The translations under genes were made by a program, and so were the position numbers. Below the pieces are notes generated by a model. It ran no database searches. It was not told the origin of the DNA and worked only from the letters and a program-made list of their open reading frames with translations. This document shows positions 19,157-28,832 of a stretch of 64,000 nucleotides of DNA, in pieces. How positions within the stretch are numbered: the first letter of the stretch is position 1; every line of letters begins with the position of its first letter. The DNA is taken from positions 66,424-130,423 of the forward strand of contig QZJO01000011.1 in NCBI GenBank assembly GCA_003599755.1, in the 5' to 3' direction. Origin of the DNA: Candidatus Parcubacteria bacterium (GTDB lineage: Bacteria > Patescibacteriota > Minisyncoccia > Sungbacterales > SURF-37).

Positions 19157-19999
19157 TTAGTGGTCGTGTTCGTGGCCGTCGGCCGTTTCGTCGGCCCATA
19201 TGACGAAGGTAAATACCGTTTCGCCTCGGCCAGCATCCTTCTTATAGACCGACGTTCGTTCGCGGGCGGAGTGTTGGATGCGTTCGCCCCATTCGGCCGC
19301 GGTTTCGTCTTCCTCGCGGGCAAGGTTGAGTGTCGCAAGATTCGCAAGCGCGGGTACGTCGACGCGTGCGCGCAGCGCCGCAGCCGTCGAGCGGAGCGTC
19401 GTGGTCGTATCGGCGTGGTTGTAGATCAGTTCCAGCTGGTCATAATCATGCTGGTTCGGATGCTGGTTCGGCGTCGGGTTAGACGAATAGTCCATGCACG
19501 AGCCGAGCGGCGCATTCGAGAAGTTCTCATCCTGGTGCGCAAGGCCGAACGTATGACCGATTTCCTGGCAGAGTACCAGATTTCTCCACGCGGGCGTGTT
19601 ATATTGCACGGTCGAAAAATACGTATCGTTCATGCGCACGGCCCCCTGCGTGATATGCCCGGAAGCATTCACCCATACCGAAGCAATGCCGAGCCAACCG
19701 TTGCGGCCGTAGCGGCTGTTGCAGATCTCGACGCGGCCCGCGGTCGGCCGGCAGGTGCGCGGCGATGATCGGCCCGCGGCAATGATCGTATCGAGCACGC
19801 CGGATTGCGACCAATCGCTCGACGCGGTAGCAAGGTAGCTGTCCCATTGTGAAGAGAGATTGTCGCCAAGCTGCAGGGTGAATGGATTGGCCGTGCGCGC
19901 CCAATGGTACGTTCCCCACGCATGATCCGCCTCCGCTGATGCGGCAATCAGGCCGAGCGCGGCGACGGTAAAGAACACAATCCGGAATTTCGTAGGCAT
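19157..19999 (-). CDS. Secreted matrixin/metzincin-like protein with QExxHxxGxxH motif
   Basis: Signal peptide; CQEIGHTFGLAH followed by an SCM Met-turn. Confidence 0.7.
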   Translation of the reverse strand: MPTKFRIVFFTVAALGLIAASAEADHAWGTYHWARTANPFTLQLGDNLSSQWDSYLATASSDWSQSGVLDTIIAAGRSSPRTCRPTAGRVEICNSRYGRNGWLGIASVWVNASGHITQGAVRMNDTYFSTVQYNTPAWRNLVLCQEIGHTFGLAHQDENFSNAPLGSCMDYSSNPTPNQHPNQHDYDQLELIYNHADTTTTLRSTAAALRARVDVPALANLATLNLAREEDETAAEWGERIQHSARERTSVYKKDAGRGETVFTFVIWADETADGHEHDH

Positions 20000-20160
20000 A
20001 GTTCCCCGGTTACCAATGACGCTTGTAGTATCTCCGGCCCGCCGAAGCAGGTCAATTTCGGCTGTGGATAGGATATGCGCGCCCACGGAGCGCGCGCAGT
20101 AAGCGCGTGCGCTCTTGCGCGTCTTATACCACTACCAATGATTCGTCCGTTCACTCTTTT

Positions 20161-20619
20161 ATGGCGCAGAATCCCATCGACATGATCGTTGCGGACCATC
20201 GGACCGTCGAGCGGCTGTTTGCGGAATATCAGCATGCCGCCGCGGCCGAGCGGCGCTCCATTGCCGAGCGCCTGTTCGGAGCGTTGGAAGCGCACGCGCG
20301 TATGGAGGAGCAAGTGTTTTATCCTGCGGTTGCCGATCAAAAGGAGCGCGCAGCGACCGATAGGGTGGCCGAAGCCCAGCGGGAACACGGTGACATAAAA
20401 TTAATGATTGCCGAGCTGCGAAACCGAGCGCCCGGTGCGGCGTTTGATGAACGCATGGCCAATCTCAAAGAGGCGGTAGAGCACCACGTCAAAGAAGAAG
20501 AGACCGAGCTTTTACCCTACGCGGCAGAGCGGTTGTCGGGCCATGAGAACGCGATTGCCAGAGAGATGGAGCGGGTCAAAATGAGTATCGCGCATGCGGA
20601 TGAGCGCGGCATCGCATAG
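20161..20619 (+). CDS. Hemerythrin/HHE cation-binding domain protein
   Basis: DH..., HARMEEQVFYP, EH, HHVKEEE motifs. Confidence 0.85.
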   Translation: MAQNPIDMIVADHRTVERLFAEYQHAAAAERRSIAERLFGALEAHARMEEQVFYPAVADQKERAATDRVAEAQREHGDIKLMIAELRNRAPGAAFDERMANLKEAVEHHVKEEETELLPYAAERLSGHENAIAREMERVKMSIAHADERGIA

Positions 20620-20632
20620 GCATCAGCTGGAG

Positions 20633-20667
20633 CAAAAACCGTCCGCCATTGAAGCGGACGGTTTTTG
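20633..20667. terminator. Bidirectional terminator between convergent genes
   Basis: CAAAAACCGTCCGC...GCGGACGGTTTTTG. Confidence 0.65.
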
Positions 20668-20686
20668 TTCGGTTCGGTGGAACGAC

Positions 20687-22264
20687 CTATCGGTCTGGGG
20701 CGGGCAGCGGCTGCGTTACCGCTTCGGGCGGCGACATTTTTTCCAACGGCATAATCACCGGAGGCGGCGGCGCTTGATCAAGAATTTCTTTGACCAGCGG
20801 CACCATCACCGCGCGCGGCGCCCATGCGTTCTGGGGAGCTTTTGCGGCTTCGAAGCGGAGCGCCGGAATGAGGAGCTCTTCGCCTCGGAAATTCGTGTAC
20901 CGCCAGAAGCGCATGAGGACGAATTCGGGCGTTCCGAGCGCTACGGTTTCTGCGTTACCGTTCTCGGCCGGCAACATGCCGCCGTACAGGCCTCCGCGAA
21001 GCGCGAATTCTTTGAGGCGTTCGACGTTTTGTTCGAGCGCGTAGGATGATTTTTGGAAGTCGAGCGTATTGATGTTGCCGACGTTCATAGCTTTTCTCTC
21101 GCGCGCATCCACGGTGACCACGATGCCATAGGGCATGCCGCCTTCTTCGTAGACCTCCAGATCCCCGATTTTCAAGGGATAGATGACCGAGATCATGTCC
21201 GGGATGTAGCGGGCCGGACGCGTGCCGTCTTCTAGGAGCGGCTGCGGATACCAGCGCCAGCCGTCATCCACGACGGGCGCGCCGTAGTGGGACGTATCGA
21301 TGCGGTGCTCGGAGAGGAACGCGTCGGCGATGCTGATGAGCGTTTCGGATGCGGGAACTTCGGACTCGGCGAGCGGTTGGTACTCCTTGCCTTCGCGGTG
21401 CCAGCGCTCCCAATCGGCATTGATCGTAATCATGCCTTCGGGCACGTTGACGTTGATCGCGTAGCCGTAGTCGCGATTCTCCACGACCTCGAGGTTGCGT
21501 ACTGTAAGCGCGGAGAATGTGTCGAGCGCGATATCGAAGTTCATGCGGCGAAGCGCGGGCACCAGGTCCGCGGCGGAGCGGCTCGATTTGATGCGTTTGT
21601 AGACGCTTCCGTCGGCAGGTGTTTCGAACGCGTCGCCCGCGTAGCGGTATTCCCAGGGCGTATACGGCCAAGGCGCGATTGTCATGCCCGCCGTTCCTCC
21701 GCCGCCGCTTTGGGAGCGCCCCTCGATCGTGCTCGGGGCAAGCGCGCCGTCTCCGCCCATGCCGAATGCCATCATCGGGGCCGGCGATGCATCGCTGGGA
21801 GCGGTCGCGTCGGCGCCCAGTTCCTGGCCGCTGCCGGTATCGCTTCCTTTCGGCGTCGCGCTCGCGCCAACGAGGTCGCCGAATGCGCGCGCTCCTGCCT
21901 CTTCTATATTCAGGGCGAGTACGCCGCTTTGGCCGCCGGATCCGCCGTAGTCCAGATAGGTGACGCCGGCAAGCGCGACGATAACAAGCGCCAGTGCGCC
22001 GTACGCGAACCCGCTTCGCCGAAGCTCCAGCGAGGCGAGTCGCCAGATTGCGAATGATCCCCCGTTCGGCGCGGCACTGCGCATCGGCAAGGGCCGCTTC
22101 TTGAGCTCTGCGCGCAAGCGGGTGACGAATGCGGTATCAAGCTTGGTATCCGGCTTCATGAGCGAAAATTCGCGAATGATGATTTTGATGCGGTCTTCCT
22201 CGGCGCGGAGCGTTGGATCTATCTCGTAGAGCTCCGCGAGGATTTGGTCGATGGATTTATTCAT
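20687..22264 (-). CDS. Single-pass membrane protein, candidate anti-sigma factor
   Basis: ATGA overlap with the ECF sigma stop; short cytoplasmic N-terminus (P...FVTRLRAEL), one TM, large extracytoplasmic region. Confidence 0.6.
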   Translation of the reverse strand: MNKSIDQILAELYEIDPTLRAEEDRIKIIIREFSLMKPDTKLDTAFVTRLRAELKKRPLPMRSAAPNGGSFAIWRLASLELRRSGFAYGALALVIVALAGVTYLDYGGSGGQSGVLALNIEEAGARAFGDLVGASATPKGSDTGSGQELGADATAPSDASPAPMMAFGMGGDGALAPSTIEGRSQSGGGGTAGMTIAPWPYTPWEYRYAGDAFETPADGSVYKRIKSSRSAADLVPALRRMNFDIALDTFSALTVRNLEVVENRDYGYAINVNVPEGMITINADWERWHREGKEYQPLAESEVPASETLISIADAFLSEHRIDTSHYGAPVVDDGWRWYPQPLLEDGTRPARYIPDMISVIYPLKIGDLEVYEEGGMPYGIVVTVDARERKAMNVGNINTLDFQKSSYALEQNVERLKEFALRGGLYGGMLPAENGNAETVALGTPEFVLMRFWRYTNFRGEELLIPALRFEAAKAPQNAWAPRAVMVPLVKEILDQAPPPPVIMPLEKMSPPEAVTQPLPAPDR

Positions 22265-22821
22265 ATTGAGTGCGTGGCATAAAGGATAATCAGGAACGCG
22301 GCCAAGGCATTCGCGGCGCGCAGCTGCCGGATAGCCCGGGAGAAGATGACTTTGCAATGGCCCTCGCTTTTCTGGACGATCTGGGCGATTTCCTGGTACG
22401 AGAGCCCTTCCCACAAGCGCAGCATGAGGATGTCGCGCTGGACGCTGGGCAGGGCCTGCACCTCGGCGCGTACGGCCGCGAGGCGCTGGCGCGCATCGGC
22501 ATCCCGTGCGATGTCCGAGGTATCCGGAATATCCCAGGCATCGTCGATCTCGAGCGCCGGCCGAGCCGTGCGGTAGTGATCGATGACGGTATTGCGGGCG
22601 ATGCGGTACAGCCACGCGCCGAAACGCTGATCGGGATCGCACGAATCGATGTGCTCGAGCGCCTTGATAAACGTTTTGGCGGTGAGGTCTTCGGCGGTCT
22701 CTTTGTGGTGCGTCTTGTAGTAGACGTAGGTATATATCTTCTTGATATACCGATCATAGAGAGCGCTGAACGCTTCTCGGTCTCCCGTTTGGCACGCTCG
22801 AACGAGCGATTCGTCAGTCAT
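22261..22821 (-). CDS. ECF (sigma-70 family) RNA polymerase sigma factor
   Basis: DESLV...GDREAFSALYDRY, AEDLTAKTF, WLYRIARNTVIDHYR, LSYQEIAQI. Confidence 0.92.
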   Translation of the reverse strand: MTDESLVRACQTGDREAFSALYDRYIKKIYTYVYYKTHHKETAEDLTAKTFIKALEHIDSCDPDQRFGAWLYRIARNTVIDHYRTARPALEIDDAWDIPDTSDIARDADARQRLAAVRAEVQALPSVQRDILMLRLWEGLSYQEIAQIVQKSEGHCKVIFSRAIRQLRAANALAAFLIILYATHSI

Positions 22822-23121
22822 GGTTCGACACGCTCACCACGAGCGCACGATAGGGCGGGTAATGAGGCAGAGCGGCCTTTCGTATACTCGCCCCGCATTC
22901 GTCTCGAGTTTAGGCGAGGATAACTCTGTCGAAAGGTCATGATGCGTTTGGAATGCGTCGGACGGTCCTATAAATACATACGAGGGTCTCGCCGTCGCGT
23001 AACAATAGTATCTATACTAGCGAAAAGCGGCCGCCGATTCTACCGCGCGGCAAGCGGCGTTGCCGGCCGCGGTCAGGCGTATTACACTAGAACCGTTTTA
23101 TTAAAGAATTCATTTCCTCGC

Positions 23122-23577
23122 ATGGCGGGAACCGCGACAAAACTCATCGGTGCGGTGCTGTCCGTGGCAATCATCGGTTCGGCGATCGCGTGGCTTTCGC
23201 GCGCCGAGGACGCCGCGCCGGTTTCGCCTGCCGCGGGGATGCACGGCGGGCCGCCGCCGGGCATGCCGGGGCACATGCGCCGCTATGCTGACGGCACGTA
23301 TGCGGCAACCGGGAATTATATTTCACCCGCTGGCCGGGAGGAGATCGAGATTATGCTGACGGTCGCTGACGATATCGTCGTTGACGCGCATTTTACCGGC
23401 AAGGCGACGCATGCTACGAGTCGGACCATGCAGGGCCGGTTCGGCGCCGGCTTTCGAGAACACGTCGTGGGAAAACCGATCGACCAGATCGTGCTGGACG
23501 TCGTCAACGGCTCGTCGCTCACGCCCAAAGGATTCATGGAGGCGCTCGCGAAGATAAAAGCCGAGGCCTCGTCTTAG
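23122..23577 (+). CDS. Extracytoplasmic FMN-binding (flavinylation target) protein
   Basis: N-terminal TM; YADGTY..., VVGKPID...VVNGSSLTPKGF resembling the DxxSGAT flavinylation motif; adjacent to apbE. Confidence 0.75.
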   Translation: MAGTATKLIGAVLSVAIIGSAIAWLSRAEDAAPVSPAAGMHGGPPPGMPGHMRRYADGTYAATGNYISPAGREEIEIMLTVADDIVVDAHFTGKATHATSRTMQGRFGAGFREHVVGKPIDQIVLDVVNGSSLTPKGFMEALAKIKAEASS

Positions 23578-24443
23578 AACAACTCGGCCGCGAATCCCGC
23601 CGAGCGCCGCACGCGGCGCTCGGCATTGAGCATGCAGTATTCGAAATCAAACGCGGCGAATCGCTCCGGCGCCGCGAAAAAGAGACCGGTCGCAAGCGCG
23701 TCGGCGAGTACCGCGCGGTCCGCGATGACCCAGGTTGCGAGAATTTCGCGGGGCGAGCGGAGTGTGGCCGGATCAATGATATGATGCCAGTCGCGCCAAG
23801 TCCGGCGGTTCCCGCTGGAGCTCGCCATCGCCCCCTCGGACATCGCGATCGCACCGATGATCTTGGACGGGTCGTCCGGATCCTCGAGTCCGACGCGGAG
23901 CGGCTCGCTGCCCGCGTGGAATATGTCGCCGCTGCCGTCGACCACAAATCGCCGCAATCCGGCCTTCTGCAGATAGGCGGCGACGTTATCGATGAAATAC
24001 CCCTTGCCGAGCGCCCCGAAATCAAAGAGCACGGGCTCAGCAATGCGGATATGGCGCTCGTCCAGAATCGTTACCGTCGCATCCAAGTCCGGCGTGGAGC
24101 GGATCGTCCTGTGCGGCGTGAGCGTGTAATCCGCGTCGTAGCCCAAATCCGAAATTGAGAATCCGACGAGCGGGTTCAGTTTTTTATTCGAGGGGTGCCA
24201 GAGCCTCCGGTACCAGTCGAGCATGGCCGTGAAATCGGCCGGCACTTCGGCCTCGCCCGCATGCGTCGCGAGCCGCCGCACGAGCGAGGTCGCGATAAAG
24301 CGCGAATACGTCTGGTCGAATTCGTCGGCCATGCGCGTTATCGTTTTTTGAATCGCGTCCCATGCCGCATCGCCCATGCCGTCCCCGACGCTGATGCGCC
24401 AGCGCGTGCCCATGGATTCGTAGACCCACTCGCGTTTCGGCAT
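23574..24443 (-). CDS. apbE: FAD:protein FMN transferase
   Basis: MGT, YSRF, DFGALGKGY, VDGSGD, ASSSG, HHIIDP, ADALAT; start overlaps the upstream stop. Confidence 0.9.
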   Translation of the reverse strand: MPKREWVYESMGTRWRISVGDGMGDAAWDAIQKTITRMADEFDQTYSRFIATSLVRRLATHAGEAEVPADFTAMLDWYRRLWHPSNKKLNPLVGFSISDLGYDADYTLTPHRTIRSTPDLDATVTILDERHIRIAEPVLFDFGALGKGYFIDNVAAYLQKAGLRRFVVDGSGDIFHAGSEPLRVGLEDPDDPSKIIGAIAMSEGAMASSSGNRRTWRDWHHIIDPATLRSPREILATWVIADRAVLADALATGLFFAAPERFAAFDFEYCMLNAERRVRRSAGFAAELF

Positions 24444-25954
24444 CAGTATCCCGGAAAATAATCGGTGGCGATCCGGCCTGCGGCAACGCCCATGCCGCGA
24501 AGCAGCCGTTTGTAGGATTCCACCATTGCATTGGGTCCGGAAAGGTAGAACGTCCGCTCCTTCCAGTCCGAGACATGAGTTCGTATCATCGCCGGAGTCA
24601 AAAAGCCGCGCTCGCGGATCCACGCGATCCCCTCCCCGCCCTCGTTGACCAGATATACGGTTCGCAGGCCGATTGCGCGCTCCGCCGCGCCGAGGAAATC
24701 GCGGTACGCGATATCCGCGGGGGTCCGATTCGAGTAGAACAACACGATGTCCCGGCGCTCGGCCCGGTCCATGCAATATTTGATCATGCTGCGAAACGGC
24801 GTGATGCCGATGCCGCCGGCAACGAATGCCAGTTTTTCGCGCGCGGCCGCCGGCAGCGTAAAATCGCCGGCCAACTGTCCCGCCCAAATCCGATCTCCCG
24901 GCTCGAGCGAGACGAGTTTTTGCTTAAAGGTGCTCGGTTTGGGGCCGAAGCGCACGCCGATGCGGAGGTCGGATTCCGTCGGCGAAGCCGCGATGGTGAA
25001 GTACCGGCGGATGCCCCGCACATCCGATCGTGCGTGCGGCAGGGTCCACTCCAGGTATTGCCCGGGTCGGAATGCGAGCGGCGCATCGGGTTTGAAGACG
25101 AATTCAAACGTGTCGCGGGCGGTCTCGATTTTTTCCGCAAGCACGAGCGTCAGCCGACGTTTGAGCCCGACCGCGTAGGAAAACAAATTGCCGATGACAA
25201 GCGCGAGTTCGGGTGATGACGATATGGGGCCGAACGCGAATGGGATACTCGAGAGCAGTCCCACGCCCGCGCCATACGCCAGCTGTAGCCGCCGCGTCGG
25301 CGGCATGGTCTGCGGCTCGGTCATCATGATGGCGGCGAAGAATACGATCGGCCACGAAAGGAAGTGCTGGCCGAGGAGATCATATATATCGGACTCGGCG
25401 AGGATCCCGAGCGCGAGCACGCCGACTACGCTTGCCGTGATGCCGGCAAGAACGAGCGAGAACCGCCTGATTTTTTTGACGATGAGCAATCCTACGAGCG
25501 CCGTGGCCGGCAGCATGACCGCCGATCCGATCCACCAAATCGCGCCGCCGCCCGCGGTAAAGCCGAGCGCGACTGCCGCGAACGCCGCCGGATTGAACAG
25601 ATGCCGGTTCCGCGTGGCGATGACGTATTTGGCGGCGACCGCGATCACGGCCGCAAGCGCGAGCCATGCGGCATCGCGGGACGAAAACGGCGGCGACATG
25701 ATGAAAAACAGGATGAGCGCGGTAATGAGCGTGGATTCGATGTTCGCCGGCGCGGCATAGAATTTCGCCCAAGCATAGTGCGCAAAAAGCGCCGCGGCAA
25801 CGAGTACGCCGAGCGACAGCAGCAATTGCAAACCGGAATATGAAAGCATTCCGGCAAACCCGAAAAGCACTGCCACGAGAGCGGGCCCGCCCAGGCCCCA
25901 AATCAGGAGGCGGTACATGGTGATCGAGTCGATCAATCGGTTCAGGGCGTTCAT
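24443..25954 (-). CDS. NqrB/RnfD-like membrane domain fused to a ferredoxin-NAD(P) reductase domain
   Basis: Multi-TM region with KY...HLFNPAA and MMTEPQTMP; FRPGQY, RYFTIAASP, AGGIGITPFRSM, YLSGP, DYFPGY. Confidence 0.85.
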   Translation of the reverse strand: MNALNRLIDSITMYRLLIWGLGGPALVAVLFGFAGMLSYSGLQLLLSLGVLVAAALFAHYAWAKFYAAPANIESTLITALILFFIMSPPFSSRDAAWLALAAVIAVAAKYVIATRNRHLFNPAAFAAVALGFTAGGGAIWWIGSAVMLPATALVGLLIVKKIRRFSLVLAGITASVVGVLALGILAESDIYDLLGQHFLSWPIVFFAAIMMTEPQTMPPTRRLQLAYGAGVGLLSSIPFAFGPISSSPELALVIGNLFSYAVGLKRRLTLVLAEKIETARDTFEFVFKPDAPLAFRPGQYLEWTLPHARSDVRGIRRYFTIAASPTESDLRIGVRFGPKPSTFKQKLVSLEPGDRIWAGQLAGDFTLPAAAREKLAFVAGGIGITPFRSMIKYCMDRAERRDIVLFYSNRTPADIAYRDFLGAAERAIGLRTVYLVNEGGEGIAWIRERGFLTPAMIRTHVSDWKERTFYLSGPNAMVESYKRLLRGMGVAAGRIATDYFPGY

Positions 25955-26134
25955 GGGAGGTGCTGGTATTGATGATATTGAAGCAGGTGCGGGGCGGATT
26001 GGCAAAGCAGAGGCATGCTTCCCCGTAGTCCGGTTGCGGCGTATCTTTTTCGCAATTACAGCGGCCGGTAGCGCCGGGAAAAGGAAATCCGCCCGAGCAT
26101 CTGTGCAGGGGCGGATTGGTGCGACGGACTCGCG

Positions 26135-27397
26135 TCACTCGGGGTGCTGCCGCAATCCGGCAAGAGCCAACAGCCGGAACGCGGTTTTGTAGGTGATCTT
26201 CAGTTTCTTCGCTACCTCCCGTCGGTTGCCCCGGCATTCGACCCAAAGATCCCGCACCAGTTTGATCCGCTGTTCTTCGGTCGTCCTTCTTTTGAGCTCT
26301 GTCCAGCTCAGCTGGATCAGCGAGCTGGGCAGCGGCGCGCTGGCGGGGGCGACGTCGGTGGGTTCCGGATCTTCCGCGGTGCTCTCCCAGGCGCTGCCCT
26401 GGGCCAAGTAGTACTGGATATCGCGTTCCGACACGGTGTCGCCGGGAAAGAGATGCCGTATCCGCGTGACTAGATGCTTGAGTTCGCGAACGTTCCCGGG
26501 CCAGGCGTACGCCTCCATGGCGCGGATCGCATCCGCTGAGAATTTTTTTTCCGGAGCTGCAGCTTGGAGGAACCGGGTGGCGAGCCCGGCGATGTCATCG
26601 ACGCGCTCCGCGAGACGGGGTACGTGGATCCGGATGACGGTAAGCCGATGGAAGAGATCGGCTCGGAAGAGCCCGCGCTTGACGAGCGCGGGCAAATCCC
26701 GGTTCGTTGCGGCGAGGATGCGCACGTTTACGACTCGAGATTCCACGCCTCCCACGCGCCATATCACCTGATCATCCAGGAACCGCAGCAGTTTTATCTG
26801 GAGGCCGAATGGGAGATCGCCGATCTCGTCCAGGAGGACCGTGCCGCCGTTGGCGGCAAGGAATAGTCCCGAGCTTTCGCGCACGGCTCCGGTAAACGCT
26901 CCGCGGACATGCCCGAAGAGCAGGCTCTCGGCGAGCTCCGGCGCGAGGAGGCCACAGTTCACCGGGATGAAGGGCTTGTTTTTACGGTCGCTGAGCCGAT
27001 GGAATGCCCGAGCAACGAGCTCCTTGCCGACGCCGCTGGCGCCGGTAATGAGTATCGAAGCGTCGGTTGCGGCGACTTTTCTGATGTCTGCGGCAAGTCG
27101 CTGCATGATCGGGCTGAACAAGAGGAAGCCGGGAACTAGCTCCGGATCTTCGGCGAATGCGGGGAATGCGGCGGCGGGCGGTATGACCGCCGCCGGCGCA
27201 GGCCTTCGCGAAGCGCGCCACGGATGCTGCCGGCAGAATTCCTCGAACGATATGAGCGGCAGGTTCGCTGTGCGCAGCCGGGTTTCGTGCGCATAGAATG
27301 CGCTTCTGCAGGCATTGCAGGAGCCGAACCGCCGGTATGTAGCCGGGCGGATGCCGCAGCGTTTGCATAGCGGCGCGGTCGCAGATGGCGTCACCAT
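26135..27397 (-). CDS. Sigma-54 interaction-domain (NtrC-type AAA+) regulator with N-terminal Cys4 motif and C-terminal HTH
   Basis: GASGVGKE, FGHVRGAFTGA, LLDEIG, AATNRDL, FRADLFHRL, WPGNVREL; N-terminal CKRC...CNAC. Confidence 0.9.
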   Translation of the reverse strand: MVTPSATAPLCKRCGIRPATYRRFGSCNACRSAFYAHETRLRTANLPLISFEEFCRQHPWRASRRPAPAAVIPPAAAFPAFAEDPELVPGFLLFSPIMQRLAADIRKVAATDASILITGASGVGKELVARAFHRLSDRKNKPFIPVNCGLLAPELAESLLFGHVRGAFTGAVRESSGLFLAANGGTVLLDEIGDLPFGLQIKLLRFLDDQVIWRVGGVESRVVNVRILAATNRDLPALVKRGLFRADLFHRLTVIRIHVPRLAERVDDIAGLATRFLQAAAPEKKFSADAIRAMEAYAWPGNVRELKHLVTRIRHLFPGDTVSERDIQYYLAQGSAWESTAEDPEPTDVAPASAPLPSSLIQLSWTELKRRTTEEQRIKLVRDLWVECRGNRREVAKKLKITYKTAFRLLALAGLRQHPE

Positions 27398-27544
27398 CGG
27401 TTCTCACCTCGTTTCTCATCTCAACGTGCTGATGCCTCACCTATCCGTAATATCTACGACACCGCGCGTCAATTCGCGGTTTCCCATGCACGTGAGCCCT
27501 CCTTAAATGGCTGCGCCCCGACAATCTTCGTCGGGGCGCTTCAG

Positions 27545-27823
27545 CTATGCGGTGGCACGCCGCAGCTCCTCTCTCATTCTCTTGCGTTCCGATCCATGGA
27601 CCAACTCACACCATCTGCGGTTGTCTTCGCCGCCGCACTCTCCGGATCCGGCGGGCAGGGCGCGTGCCGGCACCAGAAGATCATCCTTGCCGTCCCAGCT
27701 CGGCGCGTGCGGCGGACACCAGCGCAACTCGACGAGCTCTCGAGTCGGGTCGGTGTCCGGTTCGCAGGACGGGCAGTAGGGACGCGTGGTTACTTTCCCC
27801 TGCGGTTCGATGTAGTCGCTCAT
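27545..27823 (-). CDS. Small Cys/His-rich protein
   Basis: GGAGG SD; CPSC...WCPPH...DNRRWCELVH. Confidence 0.6.
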   Translation of the reverse strand: MSDYIEPQGKVTTRPYCPSCEPDTDPTRELVELRWCPPHAPSWDGKDDLLVPARALPAGSGECGGEDNRRWCELVHGSERKRMREELRRATA

Positions 27824-27863
27824 CGGACCTCCCGTGGCGCGAGGATGCGGTCTTGCGCGGTTC

Positions 27864-28064
27864 TCATGCCGATTCCCCGACATGCGCCCAGAAATCGTCA
27901 TCCCGCTCCGTAGGCGGAAGCCGCACCAGGATCTTTTTCCGATGGAGGAAATCGCACATGATGCGATTCCCGTCTGCCCACTGATCGCCGTGCGACGTGT
28001 GATGATGACGGCAGAGCCGCTCATCATTCGGCAAAACCGATCCGCACGCTGCGCACAGTGCCAT
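27864..28064 (-). CDS. Small Cys/His-rich protein (paralog of 28515..28832)
   Basis: GAGGAGG SD; CAAC...CRHH...WADGNRIMCDFLHRKK. Confidence 0.7.
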   Translation of the reverse strand: MALCAACGSVLPNDERLCRHHHTSHGDQWADGNRIMCDFLHRKKILVRLPPTERDDDFWAHVGESA

Positions 28065-28074
28065 GATTACCTCC

Positions 28075-28401
28075 TCAGGTCGTGCGGACCTCGCGGGCCC
28101 ACACGCTCATTTCGGCCGCGAGTTCGTCGGGCGTAATGCCCGCGACTGCGGCAAGCCGCAGGGTGTTGGCGAGGAAGTTCCGCGTGGCTAGGTGCAGGCG
28201 AAAGTCATCGATGGGCGCGCCGTGCGCGAGCGGTTCCACGACTTCGGCAAGTTTCCCGCAGGCCTTGATCTGATGATCCAGGATATGGCCGAGCGAGAAA
28301 TGCGCGTGCTCCTCGGCGGGCAGATGCCGCAGGATCGGATAGTGTTCGGCATTGAACGGCCAGTGCCGGACGACCGTATCGGTCAACGTGCAAAGATCCA
28401 T
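28075..28401 (-). CDS. Hypothetical helical protein, weakly reminiscent of all-alpha NTP pyrophosphatases
   Basis: GGAGGAG SD; HILDHQIKACGKLAEVVE helix; family assignment is weak. Confidence 0.5.
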   Translation of the reverse strand: MDLCTLTDTVVRHWPFNAEHYPILRHLPAEEHAHFSLGHILDHQIKACGKLAEVVEPLAHGAPIDDFRLHLATRNFLANTLRLAAVAGITPDELAAEMSVWAREVRTT

Positions 28402-28514
28402 GGGTCTCCTCCCTTCTACTGCGACCGTAGCAAACTTGAGGGCAAATAAAAAGCGCGCCTCGGCATCGATGCCGAGGCGCTTCACGATAGGCACATCCGT
28501 GCCAGCTTCTACAG

Positions 28515-28832
28515 CTACGAGATGGTTCTCCACCGGTGGGCCACGAGTCGCTGGTCCTGGCGCACGCGGGGCAGCGGGATGGGCGGAAGGTTATAACGCT
28601 GCGGGATGCTGGATTGCCTTGGCTCTCGGGGCAGATCATGCCGCCAATCTTCGCGGTGTGCCCCGGCGTCGTCCCGCTCCGCCATTGCAAGGCGCGGCGG
28701 CAGCTTCTTGCGGTGGAGGAAGTCGCACATGATGCGGTTGCCCTCCGCCCAGTCGCGGCTGGCACAGTCGATGTGGTGAGGGCAGATATCTGCGCCTTGG
28801 AGCCGATTGTCGCACATCACGCACTGCGGCAT
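28515..28832 (-). CDS. Small Cys/His-rich protein (paralog of 27864..28064)
   Basis: AAGGAGGAG SD; CVMC...CPHH...WAEGNRIMCDFLHRKK. Confidence 0.7.
   Translation of the reverse strand: MPQCVMCDNRLQGADICPHHIDCASRDWAEGNRIMCDFLHRKKLPPRLAMAERDDAGAHREDWRHDLPREPRQSSIPQRYNLPPIPLPRVRQDQRLVAHRWRTIS

Noticed and set aside
28486-28506. Sigma-54 promoter (TGGCACGGATGTGC, minus strand)
   Set aside because: GG-to-GC spacing is one base short of the strict -24/-12 requirement.
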